From positions 29 through 64,028 of the forward strand of contig JBKCGZ010000207.1 in NCBI GenBank assembly GCA_046303115.1: a stretch of DNA of 64,000 nucleotides, in the 5' to 3' direction. Below the pieces are notes generated by a model, which saw only the letters and a program-made list of their open reading frames with translations, ran no database searches and was not told where the DNA came from. The position numbers were made by a program, and so were the translations under genes. Positions 1 to 10,267 of this stretch are shown one piece after another (the first letter of the stretch is position 1; the number at the start of each line of letters is the position of its first letter). This DNA is from Bacteroidota bacterium (lineage in GTDB: Bacteria; Bacteroidota; Bacteroidia; AKYH767-A; OLB10).

Positions 1-884
1 GTGCAGGAGAGATGTTTCGTGTGTCGGTATTAAATCCGGAAAATCCTCCTCGCAACGAAGAAGGAAAGATTGATTATACACAAGATTTCTTCGGAAAAGA
101 AACCAACTTAACAGTATCAGGTCAGTTAGAGGGAGAATTAGGAGCAATGGCACTTGGTAAGATCTATACGTTTGGTCCTACTTTCCGTGCGGAAAATTCA
201 AACACCCCTCGTCACTTAGCAGAGTTCTGGATGATTGAACCAGAGATGGCTTTTTATGATATTCATGATAACATGGATTTAGCGGAGGATATGTTGAAGT
301 ACTTAATTCAATATGCACTCGACAATTGCAAAGACGATGTGGAGTTTTTGAATAACATGTACGACAAAGAATTATTAGCTCGCTTACAATCGGTAGTTGA
401 AAAACCATTTAAGCGCATGAGCTATACGGAGGCGATTGATGTATTGATGCCACATAACGACAAGTTTGAATTCAAAACAGAATGGGGTACTGATTTACAA
501 AAAGAGCATGAGAACTTTTTAGTGGCTCACTTTGGTGGTCCAGTTATTTTAACGGATTACCCTAAGCATATCAAAGCGTTTTACATGAAGCAAAACGACG
601 ATGGCAAAACAGTTCGTGCGATGGATGTATTATTCCCATGGATTGGAGAAATCATTGGTGGCTCGCAGCGTGAAGAAGACTATACGAAGTTAAAAACGCG
701 TATGGACGAAATGAATATTCCTGAGCATGAATTATGGTGGTATTTAGATACACGTAAGTTCGGTGCTTGTCCACATGCCGGCTTCGGATTAGGCTTTGAG
801 CGATTAGTTTTATTTGTAACAGGCATGAGTAATATCCGCGATGTGATTCCTTTCCCAAGGACACCGAAGAATGCGGAGTTTTAA
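1..884 (+). CDS. asnS: asparagine--tRNA ligase, C-terminal ~290 aa (5' end lies outside the window)
   Basis: The frame is open from base 3. Class II aaRS motif 2-like [21 protein letters not shown] and motif 3-like [10 protein letters not shown] are present, with the C-terminal IPFPR typical of AsnRS/AspRS-type enzymes. Confidence 0.9.
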   Translation, partial: AGEMFRVSVLNPENPPRNEEGKIDYTQDFFGKETNLTVSGQLEGELGAMALGKIYTFGPTFRAENSNTPRHLAEFWMIEPEMAFYDIHDNMDLAEDMLKYLIQYALDNCKDDVEFLNNMYDKELLARLQSVVEKPFKRMSYTEAIDVLMPHNDKFEFKTEWGTDLQKEHENFLVAHFGGPVILTDYPKHIKAFYMKQNDDGKTVRAMDVLFPWIGEIIGGSQREEDYTKLKTRMDEMNIPEHELWWYLDTRKFGACPHAGFGLGFERLVLFVTGMSNIRDVIPFPRTPKNAEF

Positions 885-888
885 TGTG

Positions 889-936
889 CCTGCGAAGCAG
901 AGCCCCGAAAGCCTTCGGGACACGCTTCGAGGCAGG
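889..936. other. GC-rich imperfect hairpin (REP-like) just after the asnS stop
   Basis: cctgcgaagc...gcttcgaggcagg encloses a perfect cccgaa/ttcggg inner stem. There is no T-run after it. Confidence 0.4.
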
Positions 937-962
937 TAATTTAAAATAATGTATTTTGATAC

Positions 963-1024
963 AAACAGGTGCGGGCCTATATTGTGCTTGCACTACTATA
1001 GGCAAACCCGCACCTGTTTTTTGT
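963..1024 (+). terminator. long-stem rho-independent terminator between asnS and rpoN
   Basis: aaacaggtgcgggcctata ... tataggcaaacccgcacctgttt (19 of 22 positions paired) is followed by tttttgtt. Confidence 0.7.
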
Positions 1025-1068
1025 TGCGTACAATTACAAAAACCCTTTTATTCCCTCCCCTATTAACC

Positions 1069-1076
1069 TATATTTG
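1069..1076 (+). promoter_or_regulatory. Bacteroidetes -7 promoter element (TAnnTTTG) for rpoN
   Basis: TATATTTG lies 11 nt upstream of the rpoN ATG. Confidence 0.5.
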
Positions 1077-1087
1077 TACTTTCGGTT

Positions 1088-2575
1088 ATGCAAAAATTAG
1101 GACTCCATCAGAAGCTTCTTCAGAAGTTATCGCCTCAGCAAATTCAGTTGATGAAATTGTTGCAGGTGCCTGCTGCATCGATGGAGCAACGTATCAAAGA
1201 AGAGTTAGAAATTAATCCAGCGTTAGAAGAAGGTGATGAAGAAGAGTTAGAACTTGACAACACTGACGAGGAAACATCCGAAGATGAGCAAGAAGAAAAA
1301 GATGATTTTGAAGACGAGAAAGAAGAGGATTTAATTGATAAGGATGATGATTTCGATATAGAAGATTATATTGATGATGATGATATCCCTTATTATAAAA
1401 CGAATGTAAATAATTCTTCTCCCGATGATGAAAAGAGAGAAACACCAATAACGGTGAGTGTTTCTTTTCAGGATATTTTACTTTCTTCACTCGGACTTTT
1501 ACCACTCGATAATCATCATTACATTATTGCTCAACATTTAATTGGCAGCTTAGATGATGATGGTTATTTACGTCGTGATTTGAATTCCATCGTAGATGAT
1601 TTATCGTTCTCTCAAAATATTCAAACCACACACGAAGAGTTAGAAGAAACATTAAAAGTAATTCAAACATTAGATCCTGCAGGAAGTGCAGCGCGTGATT
1701 TACGTGAGTGTTTATTGCTTCAGTTAGATCGTAAGAAACTAGAACATCATCCGCATGAAATTGCGTATCGTATCGTTCATGATTATTTTGATGAATTCAG
1801 TAAAAAACATTACGAGAAAATTCAGAAGAATTTAGAATTAACAGACGAGCAACTAAAAGAAGCGATTCATGATATTGTTAGTTTAAATCCTCGTCCGGGA
1901 GGAGGTTCAGCTGAAGAAACACGTAGCTCACAGCAGATTATTCCTGATTTTATTTTGATGGTGAATAATGGCGAGTTAGAACTTTCTCTAAATTCTCGTA
2001 ATGAACCTGATCTTCGAGTGAGTCGTTCGTTTCAGGAGATGTTGCAAGCCTATGCTCGCGATAAAAAAAGTGTGAACAAAGAAGCCATCACTTTTATTAA
2101 ATCGAAGATTGATTCAGCGCGTTGGTTTATTGATGCTATTCGTCAACGACAAATCACTTTGTACACTACTATGCAAGCCATCATGGAGCATCAGAAGGAT
2201 TATTTCCTGAATGGTGATGAACGTCAGTTGAAGCCGATGATCTTGAAAGATATTGCCGAGATGGTGCAGATGGATATTTCGACAGTATCGAGAGTAGCGA
2301 ATAGTAAATATGTAGAAACGCCATACGGGACTTTCTTACTGAAATATTTTTTCTCCGAAGGATTACAGACTGATTCAGGCGAAGAAGCATCGAGCCGTGA
2401 GATTAAGAAAATTTTAGAAGATGCTATTGGAGGCGAAGATAAACGCAAGCCACTTCCAGACGAGAAACTAGCTGAGTTGCTCAATAGCAAAGGCTATAAT
2501 ATTGCCCGCCGTACGGTAGCTAAATACCGCGAACAATTAAATATTCCGGTAGCACGACTTCGTAAAGAAGTTTAA
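1088..2575 (+). CDS. rpoN: RNA polymerase sigma-54 factor
   Basis: The N-terminal region I is Gln/Leu-rich (LHQKLLQKLSPQQIQLMKLLQ), followed by an acidic region II. An HTH and the RpoN box ARRTVAKYRE lie at the C-terminus. Length is 495 aa. Confidence 0.95.
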   Translation: MQKLGLHQKLLQKLSPQQIQLMKLLQVPAASMEQRIKEELEINPALEEGDEEELELDNTDEETSEDEQEEKDDFEDEKEEDLIDKDDDFDIEDYIDDDDIPYYKTNVNNSSPDDEKRETPITVSVSFQDILLSSLGLLPLDNHHYIIAQHLIGSLDDDGYLRRDLNSIVDDLSFSQNIQTTHEELEETLKVIQTLDPAGSAARDLRECLLLQLDRKKLEHHPHEIAYRIVHDYFDEFSKKHYEKIQKNLELTDEQLKEAIHDIVSLNPRPGGGSAEETRSSQQIIPDFILMVNNGELELSLNSRNEPDLRVSRSFQEMLQAYARDKKSVNKEAITFIKSKIDSARWFIDAIRQRQITLYTTMQAIMEHQKDYFLNGDERQLKPMILKDIAEMVQMDISTVSRVANSKYVETPYGTFLLKYFFSEGLQTDSGEEASSREIKKILEDAIGGEDKRKPLPDEKLAELLNSKGYNIARRTVAKYREQLNIPVARLRKEV

Positions 2576-2630
2576 AATTAATTTTTGTGTTATTCCCTTT
2601 TTCTGATTCTAAAAAATAGGGTAAAAAACT

Positions 2631-2638
2631 TACCTTTG
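2631..2638 (+). promoter_or_regulatory. -7 promoter element (TAnnTTTG) for lysS
   Basis: TACCTTTG lies 27 nt upstream of the lysS ATG. Confidence 0.45.
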
Positions 2639-2665
2639 CACTCTACTTTGTGAAGGAAAAGAAAT

Positions 2666-4384
2666 ATGTCGCAACATTTATCAGAACAAGAGATTTTTCG
2701 TCGTAAGAGTCTCGAAGAATTATTAAGCATGGGTATTAATCCTTACCCTGCTGAGTTATATCCCGTGAATTGTTATTCAGAACAAATTCATACAGGATTT
2801 GATGCTAACCCAGATGCCTTTAAAGAGGTAATTGTTGCAGGTCGTATTATGTCGCGCCGCATCATGGGAAATGCATCGTTTGCTGAATTGCAAGATGCGC
2901 AAGGAAGAATTCAGCTTTACTTTAAGCGTGATGAAATTTGTCCTGCTGAAGACAAGACGTTATACAATACCGTTTTCAAAAAACTAATTGATACGGGTGA
3001 TATCATCGGTGCGAAAGGATATGCTTTCCGCACGCAGATGGGAGAACTTTCTATTCACGTTTCTGAATTTACGATTCTTTCGAAGTCGTTGCATCCATTG
3101 CCAACAGTGAAAGAAAAAGACGGAGAGGTATTCGATGCATTCAGTGATCCTGAACAGCGTTATCGTCAACGTTATATCGATTTAATTGTAAACCCTCACG
3201 TGCGCGAAACTTTTGTGAAGCGTTCGAAGTTGGTGAATAGCATGCGCTCGTTTTTAAATGAGAAAGGATATCTAGAAGTTGAAACTCCTATTCTTCAACC
3301 GTTGTATGGTGGTGCTGCTGCGCGTCCGTTTAAAACACATCATAACACACTCGACATGACGCTTTACTTACGTATTGCGAATGAGCTTTATTTGAAGCGT
3401 TTGATTGTTGGTGGTTACGATGGTGTATTTGAATTTGCAAAAGATTTCCGCAACGAAGGAATGTCGCGTTTTCATAATCCAGAATTTACGCAAATGGAAT
3501 TGTATGTTGCGTACAAAGATTATAACTGGATGATGGAGACAGTGGAAGCCATGGTAGAGAAAATTGCTTTAGATCTTCACGGGAAAACAGAAGTACAAGT
3601 TGGAGAGCACATGATTAATTTCGCGCGTCCTTGGAAACGTTTTACGATGTATGAAGCGATTCAACATTTTACAGGCGTTGATATTTCTGAAATGAATGAA
3701 GATGAGATGCGTGAAGCTGCGAAGAAGTTAGGTGTTGAAGTAGATGCATCGTTAGGTCGTGGAAAAATTATAGATGAGTTATTTGGTGAGTTCTGCGAGC
3801 CAAAATTAATTCAGCCTACTTTCATTACGGATTATCCAGTAGAGATGAGTCCACTAGCGAAGAAGCACCGTAGCAAAGAAGGGTTAGTAGAACGCTTTGA
3901 AGCGATTTGTAATGGTAAAGAAATTTGCAATGCTTACTCTGAGTTAAATGATCCTATTGATCAACGTAAGCGTTTTGAAGAGCAGTTAGAGTTAGGTAAG
4001 CGTGGCGATGAAGAAGCAATGATGTTGGATGAAGATTTCCTTCGTGCCATTGAATTCGGGATGCCTCCTACATCAGGATTAGGAATTGGTATTGATCGTT
4101 TATCGATGATCATGACGAACTCTCCTTCTATTCAAGATGTATTGTTCTTCCCTCAGATGCGTCCTGAGTTAACAGGTGCAGGAGTGGTGAAAGAAGAAGC
4201 GGTATTAGATGGAGTTCCTTCTCCTTGGGACGAAGTGCTGATGAAAATGGGTATCACAACAAGTCAGCAACTAAAAACAATGAACCCTAATAAGTTGTTT
4301 AATGACTTAGGCGGAATGCGTAAAAAACTTAAAATAGAATCCTCTCTTCCTTCTTTAGATGATGTGAAGAGTTGGATGTCGTAA
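2666..4384 (+). CDS. lysS: lysine--tRNA ligase (class II) with a ~70-aa C-terminal extension
   Basis: An N-terminal OB anticodon-binding region is followed by class II motifs ([20 protein letters not shown]; [11 protein letters not shown]). Length is 572 aa. Confidence 0.95.
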   Translation: MSQHLSEQEIFRRKSLEELLSMGINPYPAELYPVNCYSEQIHTGFDANPDAFKEVIVAGRIMSRRIMGNASFAELQDAQGRIQLYFKRDEICPAEDKTLYNTVFKKLIDTGDIIGAKGYAFRTQMGELSIHVSEFTILSKSLHPLPTVKEKDGEVFDAFSDPEQRYRQRYIDLIVNPHVRETFVKRSKLVNSMRSFLNEKGYLEVETPILQPLYGGAAARPFKTHHNTLDMTLYLRIANELYLKRLIVGGYDGVFEFAKDFRNEGMSRFHNPEFTQMELYVAYKDYNWMMETVEAMVEKIALDLHGKTEVQVGEHMINFARPWKRFTMYEAIQHFTGVDISEMNEDEMREAAKKLGVEVDASLGRGKIIDELFGEFCEPKLIQPTFITDYPVEMSPLAKKHRSKEGLVERFEAICNGKEICNAYSELNDPIDQRKRFEEQLELGKRGDEEAMMLDEDFLRAIEFGMPPTSGLGIGIDRLSMIMTNSPSIQDVLFFPQMRPELTGAGVVKEEAVLDGVPSPWDEVLMKMGITTSQQLKTMNPNKLFNDLGGMRKKLKIESSLPSLDDVKSWMS

Positions 4385-4390
4385 TAAGAA

Positions 4391-4415
4391 AGGCCGGGTA
4401 ATTCCGGTCTTTTTA
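4391..4415 (+). terminator. rho-independent terminator after lysS
   Basis: Stem aggccgg / ccggtct with a gtaatt loop, followed by ttttt. Confidence 0.55.
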
Positions 4416-4421
4416 ATTAAA

Positions 4422-6110
4422 ATGAAAATTATGAAAAAAAGAATTTTATTACTGATTGCTGTTGCAGCGTTTACACTAACTAACGGTTATGCACAGCTGA
4501 ACGAAGCAAAGGTTACTCCGAATCTTAAAAAGCATATTTCTACGTTAGCTTCTGATGAGTATGGTGGACGAGAGCCAGGAACAAAAGGCGAAGTACTAGC
4601 TTATACGTATATCAGCAAGCAGTTTAAAGAAATTGGCCTGAAAGAGAAAGGCACTAATGGCTACTTGCAGGAATTTAAGTTTGTGAAATCCGTAAGTATG
4701 GATGCATCTTGCGCTATGACGATTAACAGTCAAGCAGTGAAAGCGAATGATGAATTCTTTTTACTTCCTTACTCGAATGATACAACTATGAGTGGTGTTA
4801 CAAAGTATTTTAACTACGGAATTATTTCGCCAAAAAATAATTACAACGATTATTCAGAGTTGCAATCAACAGATCGATTGCCTTTTATTCTCGTAATGGA
4901 ATACGGTACTCCTGATCATGCTGGTCCGCATAGTAAGTACAGTGACGATGCTGACATTCGCACACGTATTGATAATGCTATTAAGTTTGGTGCAACGGGT
5001 GTTATCTTTATTAATAGCAGTAAAGATGAACAAGACCCTGAAATCGATTTTAGTAACCGCATTACCGTGAGTAAAATTCCCGTGGCTTTTGTGAAAGGAG
5101 CAATGGCTACTGAATTGAAGAATCGAAGTTGTAATGTAACCATGACTACCAAATTGTATAAAGAGGAGGTCAGCGGACATAACATCATTGGATTCATTGA
5201 CAATAAAGCAGAATACACAGTGGTAATTGGTGCGCATTACGATCACTTAGGTTTAGGCGGACATGAATCGCTTTATCGCGGAGAGCCTGCGGTGCATAAT
5301 GGTGCTGATGATAATGCCAGTGGCACAGCAGCATTAATTGAGTTAGCGCGTTTTTTAAAAGCAAACGGACCAAAAGGCAATAACTATTTAATCATGGCTT
5401 ATTCGGGAGAGGAAAAAGGATTGTTAGGCTCTGGTTATTTTGTAAAGAATCCTACGTTATCACTTAGCAAAATGAATTACATGTTAAACATGGACATGGT
5501 AGGACGTTTGAAAAAAGAAGATCCAACTGTTTTGATCAATGGTGTAGGAACTTCGGATGCTTGGAAGATTACAATGAACTATATTAAAGTAGATAGTTTA
5601 AAAGCGAAGACAACTGAATCAGGTGTTGGCCCTTCTGATCATACTTCGTTTTACTTGAAAGATATTCCTGTGTTGCATTTTTTCAGTGGGACACATAACG
5701 ATTATCATAAACCAAGCGATGATGAAAATTTAATCAACTATCCTGGTGAAGTTGCTATCATGAATTACATCGTTCAATTAGTACAACGATTAGATGATAA
5801 AGGAAAATTAAATTTCATCAAGACAAAAGAAGAGACGAATGAAGATGCACCTCGCTTTAAAGTAACTTTAGGTGTTGTTCCTGATTATGCATTTGATGGA
5901 GCAGGAATGCGTATTGATGGCGTAAGTGAAAATAAGCCCGCATCGAAAGCAGGATTAAAAGCAGGAGATGTTGTAACGCAGATTGGAGAAGAGAAAGTGG
6001 TGGATATGATGAGTTACATGAAAGCACTCGGTAAATTTTCAAAAGGCGATGTTGTTCCTGTGAAGATTTTGAGGGATAAGGTGGAGATGGTGGTGAGTGT
6101 TACTTTTTAA
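4422..6110 (+). CDS. secreted M28-family zinc aminopeptidase with PA insert and C-terminal PDZ domain
   Basis: A signal peptide is present. M28 metal-ligand motifs are HYDHLG, GADDNASG, SGEEKGLLGS, NMDMVG and SDHTSF. The C-terminus is PDZ-like (SKAGLKAGDVVTQIGEEKV). Confidence 0.85.
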   Translation: MKIMKKRILLLIAVAAFTLTNGYAQLNEAKVTPNLKKHISTLASDEYGGREPGTKGEVLAYTYISKQFKEIGLKEKGTNGYLQEFKFVKSVSMDASCAMTINSQAVKANDEFFLLPYSNDTTMSGVTKYFNYGIISPKNNYNDYSELQSTDRLPFILVMEYGTPDHAGPHSKYSDDADIRTRIDNAIKFGATGVIFINSSKDEQDPEIDFSNRITVSKIPVAFVKGAMATELKNRSCNVTMTTKLYKEEVSGHNIIGFIDNKAEYTVVIGAHYDHLGLGGHESLYRGEPAVHNGADDNASGTAALIELARFLKANGPKGNNYLIMAYSGEEKGLLGSGYFVKNPTLSLSKMNYMLNMDMVGRLKKEDPTVLINGVGTSDAWKITMNYIKVDSLKAKTTESGVGPSDHTSFYLKDIPVLHFFSGTHNDYHKPSDDENLINYPGEVAIMNYIVQLVQRLDDKGKLNFIKTKEETNEDAPRFKVTLGVVPDYAFDGAGMRIDGVSENKPASKAGLKAGDVVTQIGEEKVVDMMSYMKALGKFSKGDVVPVKILRDKVEMVVSVTF

Positions 6111-6132
6111 AAATATTTTATTTTTTAAAAAA

Positions 6133-6161
6133 GGGAGAAATATAAATTTCTCCCTTTTTTT
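6133..6161 (+). terminator. rho-independent terminator after the M28 peptidase gene
   Basis: gggagaaa tataaa tttctccc is followed by ttttttt. Confidence 0.75.
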
Positions 6162-6214
6162 ATGAAGTGTTAGAACACATTATTACTTTTCTTTATACTC
6201 AAGCCGTATAGGCT

Positions 6215-6244
6215 CCTACTTTTTTCTGTAGCAAAAAAAGTAGG
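6215..6244. repeat. perfect 11-bp-stem hairpin
   Basis: cctactttttt ctgtagc aaaaaagtagg. Confidence 0.6.
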
Positions 6245-6255
6245 CAAAAATGCCA

Positions 6256-6405
6256 CCGCTGTAAAATAATTGCGGAGCTACCTTCATGCGCAACGGAAAT
6301 AATCGAACTCACCCTGTAGTAAAAATATACTACAGGTCTCAAACACCGCTTATTTCTAATCGTTGCTTATTCCGGTATCTAATTTCCGCAATTGTTTTAA
6401 GGCGG
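6256..6405. repeat. ~150-bp extended imperfect palindrome (structured RNA or MITE-like element)
   Basis: The outer helix pairs 6256-6276 with 6385-6405 (21 positions: 18 Watson-Crick pairs, 2 G-T wobbles, 1 mismatch). A middle helix pairs gcaacg with cgttgc and gaaata with tatttc. The apical stem is cctgtagt/actacagg with an 8-nt loop. Confidence 0.6.
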
Positions 6406-6774
6406 AATTTTGTTTAGTATATAACCAAAAATTTAAAAAAATATTGGCCTCAGTTTATTCGGTTTTTGACGAAGGTAAAATTGCGTTAAGCAAATTTAGA
6501 AGTTCCGAGCCTGTGAGGAAATCACTGAATTTGTAGCAATTTTAACAAGGAAAAAATTTGCTTGCAAAAGAATAAAGTGCAGCCTTGACTTTTTCTTTGG
6601 TTCTTTCATTTTGTGTCAAGACAAAAGAAAGAACTTCCCCAAATTTATCATAAATTTAGAATTACAATAGAATGAATAATTGCATATTAAATTGTTATTC
6701 AAAATGCTCATTAATCCAAAAAAATGTGTTATCATTTAAACTTCTCTTCAAGAGTATAAAATATTTAATAATAC

Positions 6775-6782
6775 TAAATTTG
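6775..6782 (+). promoter_or_regulatory. -7 promoter element (TAnnTTTG)
   Basis: TAAATTTG lies 8 nt upstream of the ATG at 6791. Confidence 0.45.
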
Positions 6783-6790
6783 CAAACGAA

Positions 6791-7318
6791 ATGACCAACG
6801 AAGAAGTAGAAAAAATAATCAACGAAGTATTCCCGGGATTAACCTTATACTATCGTGATGCAGATTTATCGAAGGAAGTAATTTCGAATTATCAATCGCG
6901 ACAAATTATAATGGAACCAGCATTTGTTGATTGCTCGTATATGGGAGGATTCCCGACAGGAAATACGCGTTATTTAATTGCGAGTAATAAAGCGGCGGAT
7001 TTAGGTCGTGTGCAACCGGAAGTTGCTAAATACGGAATGATGGTATTAAATGCAGGCTCGTTTTTTAAAGTATTAGACATCTACGAAATTGACGGCTATA
7101 CGCAGGTGTTACTCTTGCATATTCCTTCGCAGGCGGTCGACTTTTTCAAGATCACGAATTCGAACTTAGAGCAAACCGTGATTGATAAATGTCGCGCACT
7201 ATTTGAAAAGCGAATGACAGATGCAATCGTTCCTGAGCTCAACGAAGAGGGCTGGAAGCAACGAGTTGACTTCCCGTTAGGAATGAGTAAAGAAGGGAAA
7301 TTGTATTTTCAGGAATAA
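6791..7318 (+). CDS. hypothetical cytoplasmic protein (175 aa)
   Basis: This is an isolated clean ORF with a promoter-like box. It has no signal peptide and no family motif that I recognise. Confidence 0.6.
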   Translation: MTNEEVEKIINEVFPGLTLYYRDADLSKEVISNYQSRQIIMEPAFVDCSYMGGFPTGNTRYLIASNKAADLGRVQPEVAKYGMMVLNAGSFFKVLDIYEIDGYTQVLLLHIPSQAVDFFKITNSNLEQTVIDKCRALFEKRMTDAIVPELNEEGWKQRVDFPLGMSKEGKLYFQE

Positions 7319-7337
7319 AATCTATTTATATAATAAT

Positions 7338-7369
7338 AAAAAAAGTCCCGAGCTTTTACACTCAGGACT
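7338..7369 (-). terminator. rho-independent terminator of nrdA
   Basis: A 9-position stem (agtcctgag / ctcgggact on the minus strand, 8 paired, one mismatch) is followed by a T-run on the minus strand (A-run 7338-7343 on plus). Confidence 0.6.
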
Positions 7370-7397
7370 GGGTTGGTTTATGGTTAGATTGTATTTT

Positions 7398-9878
7398 TTA
7401 TCCGCTGCAGCTAATGCAACCATCTGGATTATCTAATGAACATGTAATCTGATCAGCAGCACTTACATAATCTGTTGTAAACTCTTCTTGTGAAGGTGCT
7501 GTTGAAGTTGTTGATGCAGTTGATGATGGTGTTGCCGCAACTGCACTTGTAGCTGTAACAACCATTGCTTCTGTATTTACAGATGCTACTTCAGCAGCAA
7601 CTGGTTTTGCGTCGTATTGTTTATCGACAGTGAACTTAATTGCTGATGCAGCAGGCTTTGTTCTTAAATAATACATACCTGTTTTTAGTCCGCGCTCCCA
7701 TCCGTAGAAATGCATGGATGTTAACTTAGCGAAATTCGGTTCAGCAATGAATAAATTCAACGACTGACTTTGGCAGATATAAGCACCACGATCAGCAGCC
7801 ATATCGATGATTGTACGTTGTTTAATTTCCCAAACTGTTTTATATAATTCTTTAATGTCTTGAGGAATTTCAGGAATATGTTGAATTGAACCATTTGCTG
7901 CGATGATCTTATTCTTCATTCCATTATCCCATAATCCTAAACGCACTAAGTCCATTAATAAATGCTTGTTCACCACGATGAACTCACCGCTTAATACACG
8001 ACGGTTATAGATATTCGTTGTATATGGTTCGAAACATTCGTTGTTACCTAAAATCTGAGAAGTAGATGCTGTTGGCATTGGAGCAAGTAATAATGAATTA
8101 CGTACACCATACTTCTTCACTTCTTCACGAAGTACATCCCACTCCCAACGGTCTGTTGGTGTTACATTCCACATATCAAACTGGAATATACCTTGAGAGA
8201 TTGGAGATCCTTCGTAAGTTGAATAAGGTCCTTCTACTTTAGCTAAATCTTTTGAAGCTGTCATCGCTGCGTAGTAAATCGTTTCAAAGATTTCACGATT
8301 CAACATTCTTGCTTCTTCACTTTCAAAAGGATAACGCATTAAAATAAATGCATCTGCTAATCCTTGCACACCTAATCCGATAGGACGGTGACGCATATTG
8401 CTATTACGAGCTTCTACAACTGGATAATAGTTCTCGTCGATGATACGATTTAAGTTCTTCGTAGCAACGTACGTAATTTCAAATAGCTTTTGATGATCAA
8501 ACTTACCGTTGTTTACGAAACGAGGTAATGCGATAGAGGCTAAGTTACAAACCGCTACTTCATCTGGAGCTGTATATTCAACAATCTCAGTACATAAGTT
8601 TGAACTCTTGATTGTACCTAAATTTTTCTGATTGCTCTTTTCGTTACAAGCATCCTTGTATAAAATATAAGGAGTACCTGTTTCAATTTGTGATTCTAAG
8701 ATGGCTGTCCATAATTCACGAGCAGGAATTGATTTTCTTGCACGGCCTTCAGCTTCGTAGCGAGTATATAATGCTTCGAACTCTGCTCCGTAGCACTCAT
8801 CTAATCCTGGTGCTTCATTCGGACAGAACAAACTCCATTGACCTTCTGCTTTTACACGCTTCATGAATAAGTCGCAAATCCAAAGTGCATAGAATAAATC
8901 ACGAGCACGTAATTCTTCTTTACCGTGGTTTTTCTTTAACTCAAGGAATTCGAAAATATCTGCATGCCAAGGCTCTAAGTAAACTGCGAAAGAACCTTTA
9001 CGCTTTCCACCACCTTGATCTACGTAACGAGCAGTGTCGTTGAATACGCGTAACATCGGAACGATTCCGTTACTTGTTCCGTTTGTACCACGGATATAAG
9101 AACCCGTTGCACGGATATTATGTAAGCTTAGTCCGATACCACCAGCCGACTGAGAAATCTGAGCTGTTTGCTTTAATGTATTGTAGATTCCCTCAATACT
9201 ATCGTTTTGCATCTGTAATAAGAAACAAGAACTTAATTGTGGTTTTGGAGTACCTGAATTGAATAAGGTAGGCGTTGCATGTGTAAACCAACGCTCACTC
9301 ATTAAGTTATACGTTAAAATAGCCGACTCGATATCTGTTTTATGGATACCAACCGAAACGCGCATTAACATATGTTGCGGACGCTCCACTACTTTTCCGT
9401 TGATTCTTAATAAGTATGATTTTTCTAAAGTCTTGAAACCGAAATAATCATATCCAAAATCACGGTCGTATATAATACTTGAATCCAGAATATCGGAATT
9501 CTTTTCAATGATCTCCATTACATCATCTGCAATTAAAGAAGCATTCTTTCCTGTTTTAGGATCAATGAAAGTATAAAGGTCACGCATTGTTTCCGTGAAC
9601 CCTTTCTTTGTATTCTTATGTAAGTTAGAAACCGCGATGCGCGATGCAAGTTGCGCAAAATCAGGGTGACGCGTAGTTAAAGAGGCAGCCGTTTCAGCAG
9701 CAAGGTTATCCAGCTCCGTTGTGGTAACTCCATTAAATACCCCTTCAATTACTTTTTGTGCAACCATCTGTGCACTAACATGGTCTGGCGAAAGGCCATA
9801 ACATAGCTTTTGAATACGGGCAGTAATTTTGTCGAACTTTACTGTTTCCTGTTTACCATCTCTTTTAATTACGAACAT
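7398..9878 (-). CDS. nrdA: ribonucleoside-diphosphate reductase, class Ia large (alpha) subunit
   Basis: An N-terminal ATP-cone ([20 protein letters not shown]) is present, with the catalytic-core NLCTEI motif and a C-terminal redox tail CISCSG. Length is 826 aa. Confidence 0.95.
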   Translation of the reverse strand: MFVIKRDGKQETVKFDKITARIQKLCYGLSPDHVSAQMVAQKVIEGVFNGVTTTELDNLAAETAASLTTRHPDFAQLASRIAVSNLHKNTKKGFTETMRDLYTFIDPKTGKNASLIADDVMEIIEKNSDILDSSIIYDRDFGYDYFGFKTLEKSYLLRINGKVVERPQHMLMRVSVGIHKTDIESAILTYNLMSERWFTHATPTLFNSGTPKPQLSSCFLLQMQNDSIEGIYNTLKQTAQISQSAGGIGLSLHNIRATGSYIRGTNGTSNGIVPMLRVFNDTARYVDQGGGKRKGSFAVYLEPWHADIFEFLELKKNHGKEELRARDLFYALWICDLFMKRVKAEGQWSLFCPNEAPGLDECYGAEFEALYTRYEAEGRARKSIPARELWTAILESQIETGTPYILYKDACNEKSNQKNLGTIKSSNLCTEIVEYTAPDEVAVCNLASIALPRFVNNGKFDHQKLFEITYVATKNLNRIIDENYYPVVEARNSNMRHRPIGLGVQGLADAFILMRYPFESEEARMLNREIFETIYYAAMTASKDLAKVEGPYSTYEGSPISQGIFQFDMWNVTPTDRWEWDVLREEVKKYGVRNSLLLAPMPTASTSQILGNNECFEPYTTNIYNRRVLSGEFIVVNKHLLMDLVRLGLWDNGMKNKIIAANGSIQHIPEIPQDIKELYKTVWEIKQRTIIDMAADRGAYICQSQSLNLFIAEPNFAKLTSMHFYGWERGLKTGMYYLRTKPAASAIKFTVDKQYDAKPVAAEVASVNTEAMVVTATSAVAATPSSTASTTSTAPSQEEFTTDYVSAADQITCSLDNPDGCISCSG

Positions 9879-10267
9879 AAGTTTAAAGCGTTTTTAGATT
9901 GTGGTTATTACTATTATTTTAACTCTTTTGGTTTTTTCCGGACTTAAAAGAGGCGACGACTCCGCTGACAACTATTTATTGCCTTATTTAAGTGCTCTAG
10001 AAACTGATTTGAGTTTGAAAACCAGCGCTTTCCCGTTTCCGGGTCCGACTGCTGTAGCCGGTTACAAATCAAGTTAAAGATACGCTCATTCCCAAGCCCT
10101 ATTTATCCACAATTGACTGCATTTTTCAACAAAATAGCGGTTGCAAAATTTATTCGCGAAAAAACTTTTTTACTTGAAAAATTATCTTATTTAGAAAAAA
10201 GAATTTGCATTTTAACTGCCCTATTTGCCCCTTTTCCCTACGTATATACTTAACGTTAGAAATGAAA

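Noticed and set aside
949-1215. 88-aa ORF spanning the asnS terminator and the rpoN start
   Set aside because: It runs through a terminator hairpin and the rpoN promoter and overlaps rpoN out of frame, so it is not credible as a gene.
6256-6405. Invertible DNA switch interpretation of the 21-bp inverted repeats
   Set aside because: The enclosed 108 bp carries no TAnnTTTG box in either orientation and is itself palindromic. That fits a hairpin RNA or a MITE better than a promoter switch.
6791-7318. ADP-ribosyltransferase-like toxin reading of the 175-aa ORF (R ... S-x-S ... E-x-D/E)
   Set aside because: The putative R/STS/ExE positions are not in convincing sequence contexts or spacing. Without a profile search the call would be invention.
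9879-10267. Cobalamin riboswitch or NrdR operator in the nrdA leader
   Set aside because: Only loose resemblances are present (GGGAA, cgggaaagc, gtcagcggagtcgtcgcc). I could find no clear GCCACTG core or B12 box, and no ACACnAtATaTnGTGT-type NrdR palindromes. It is kept only as an unexplained long leader.
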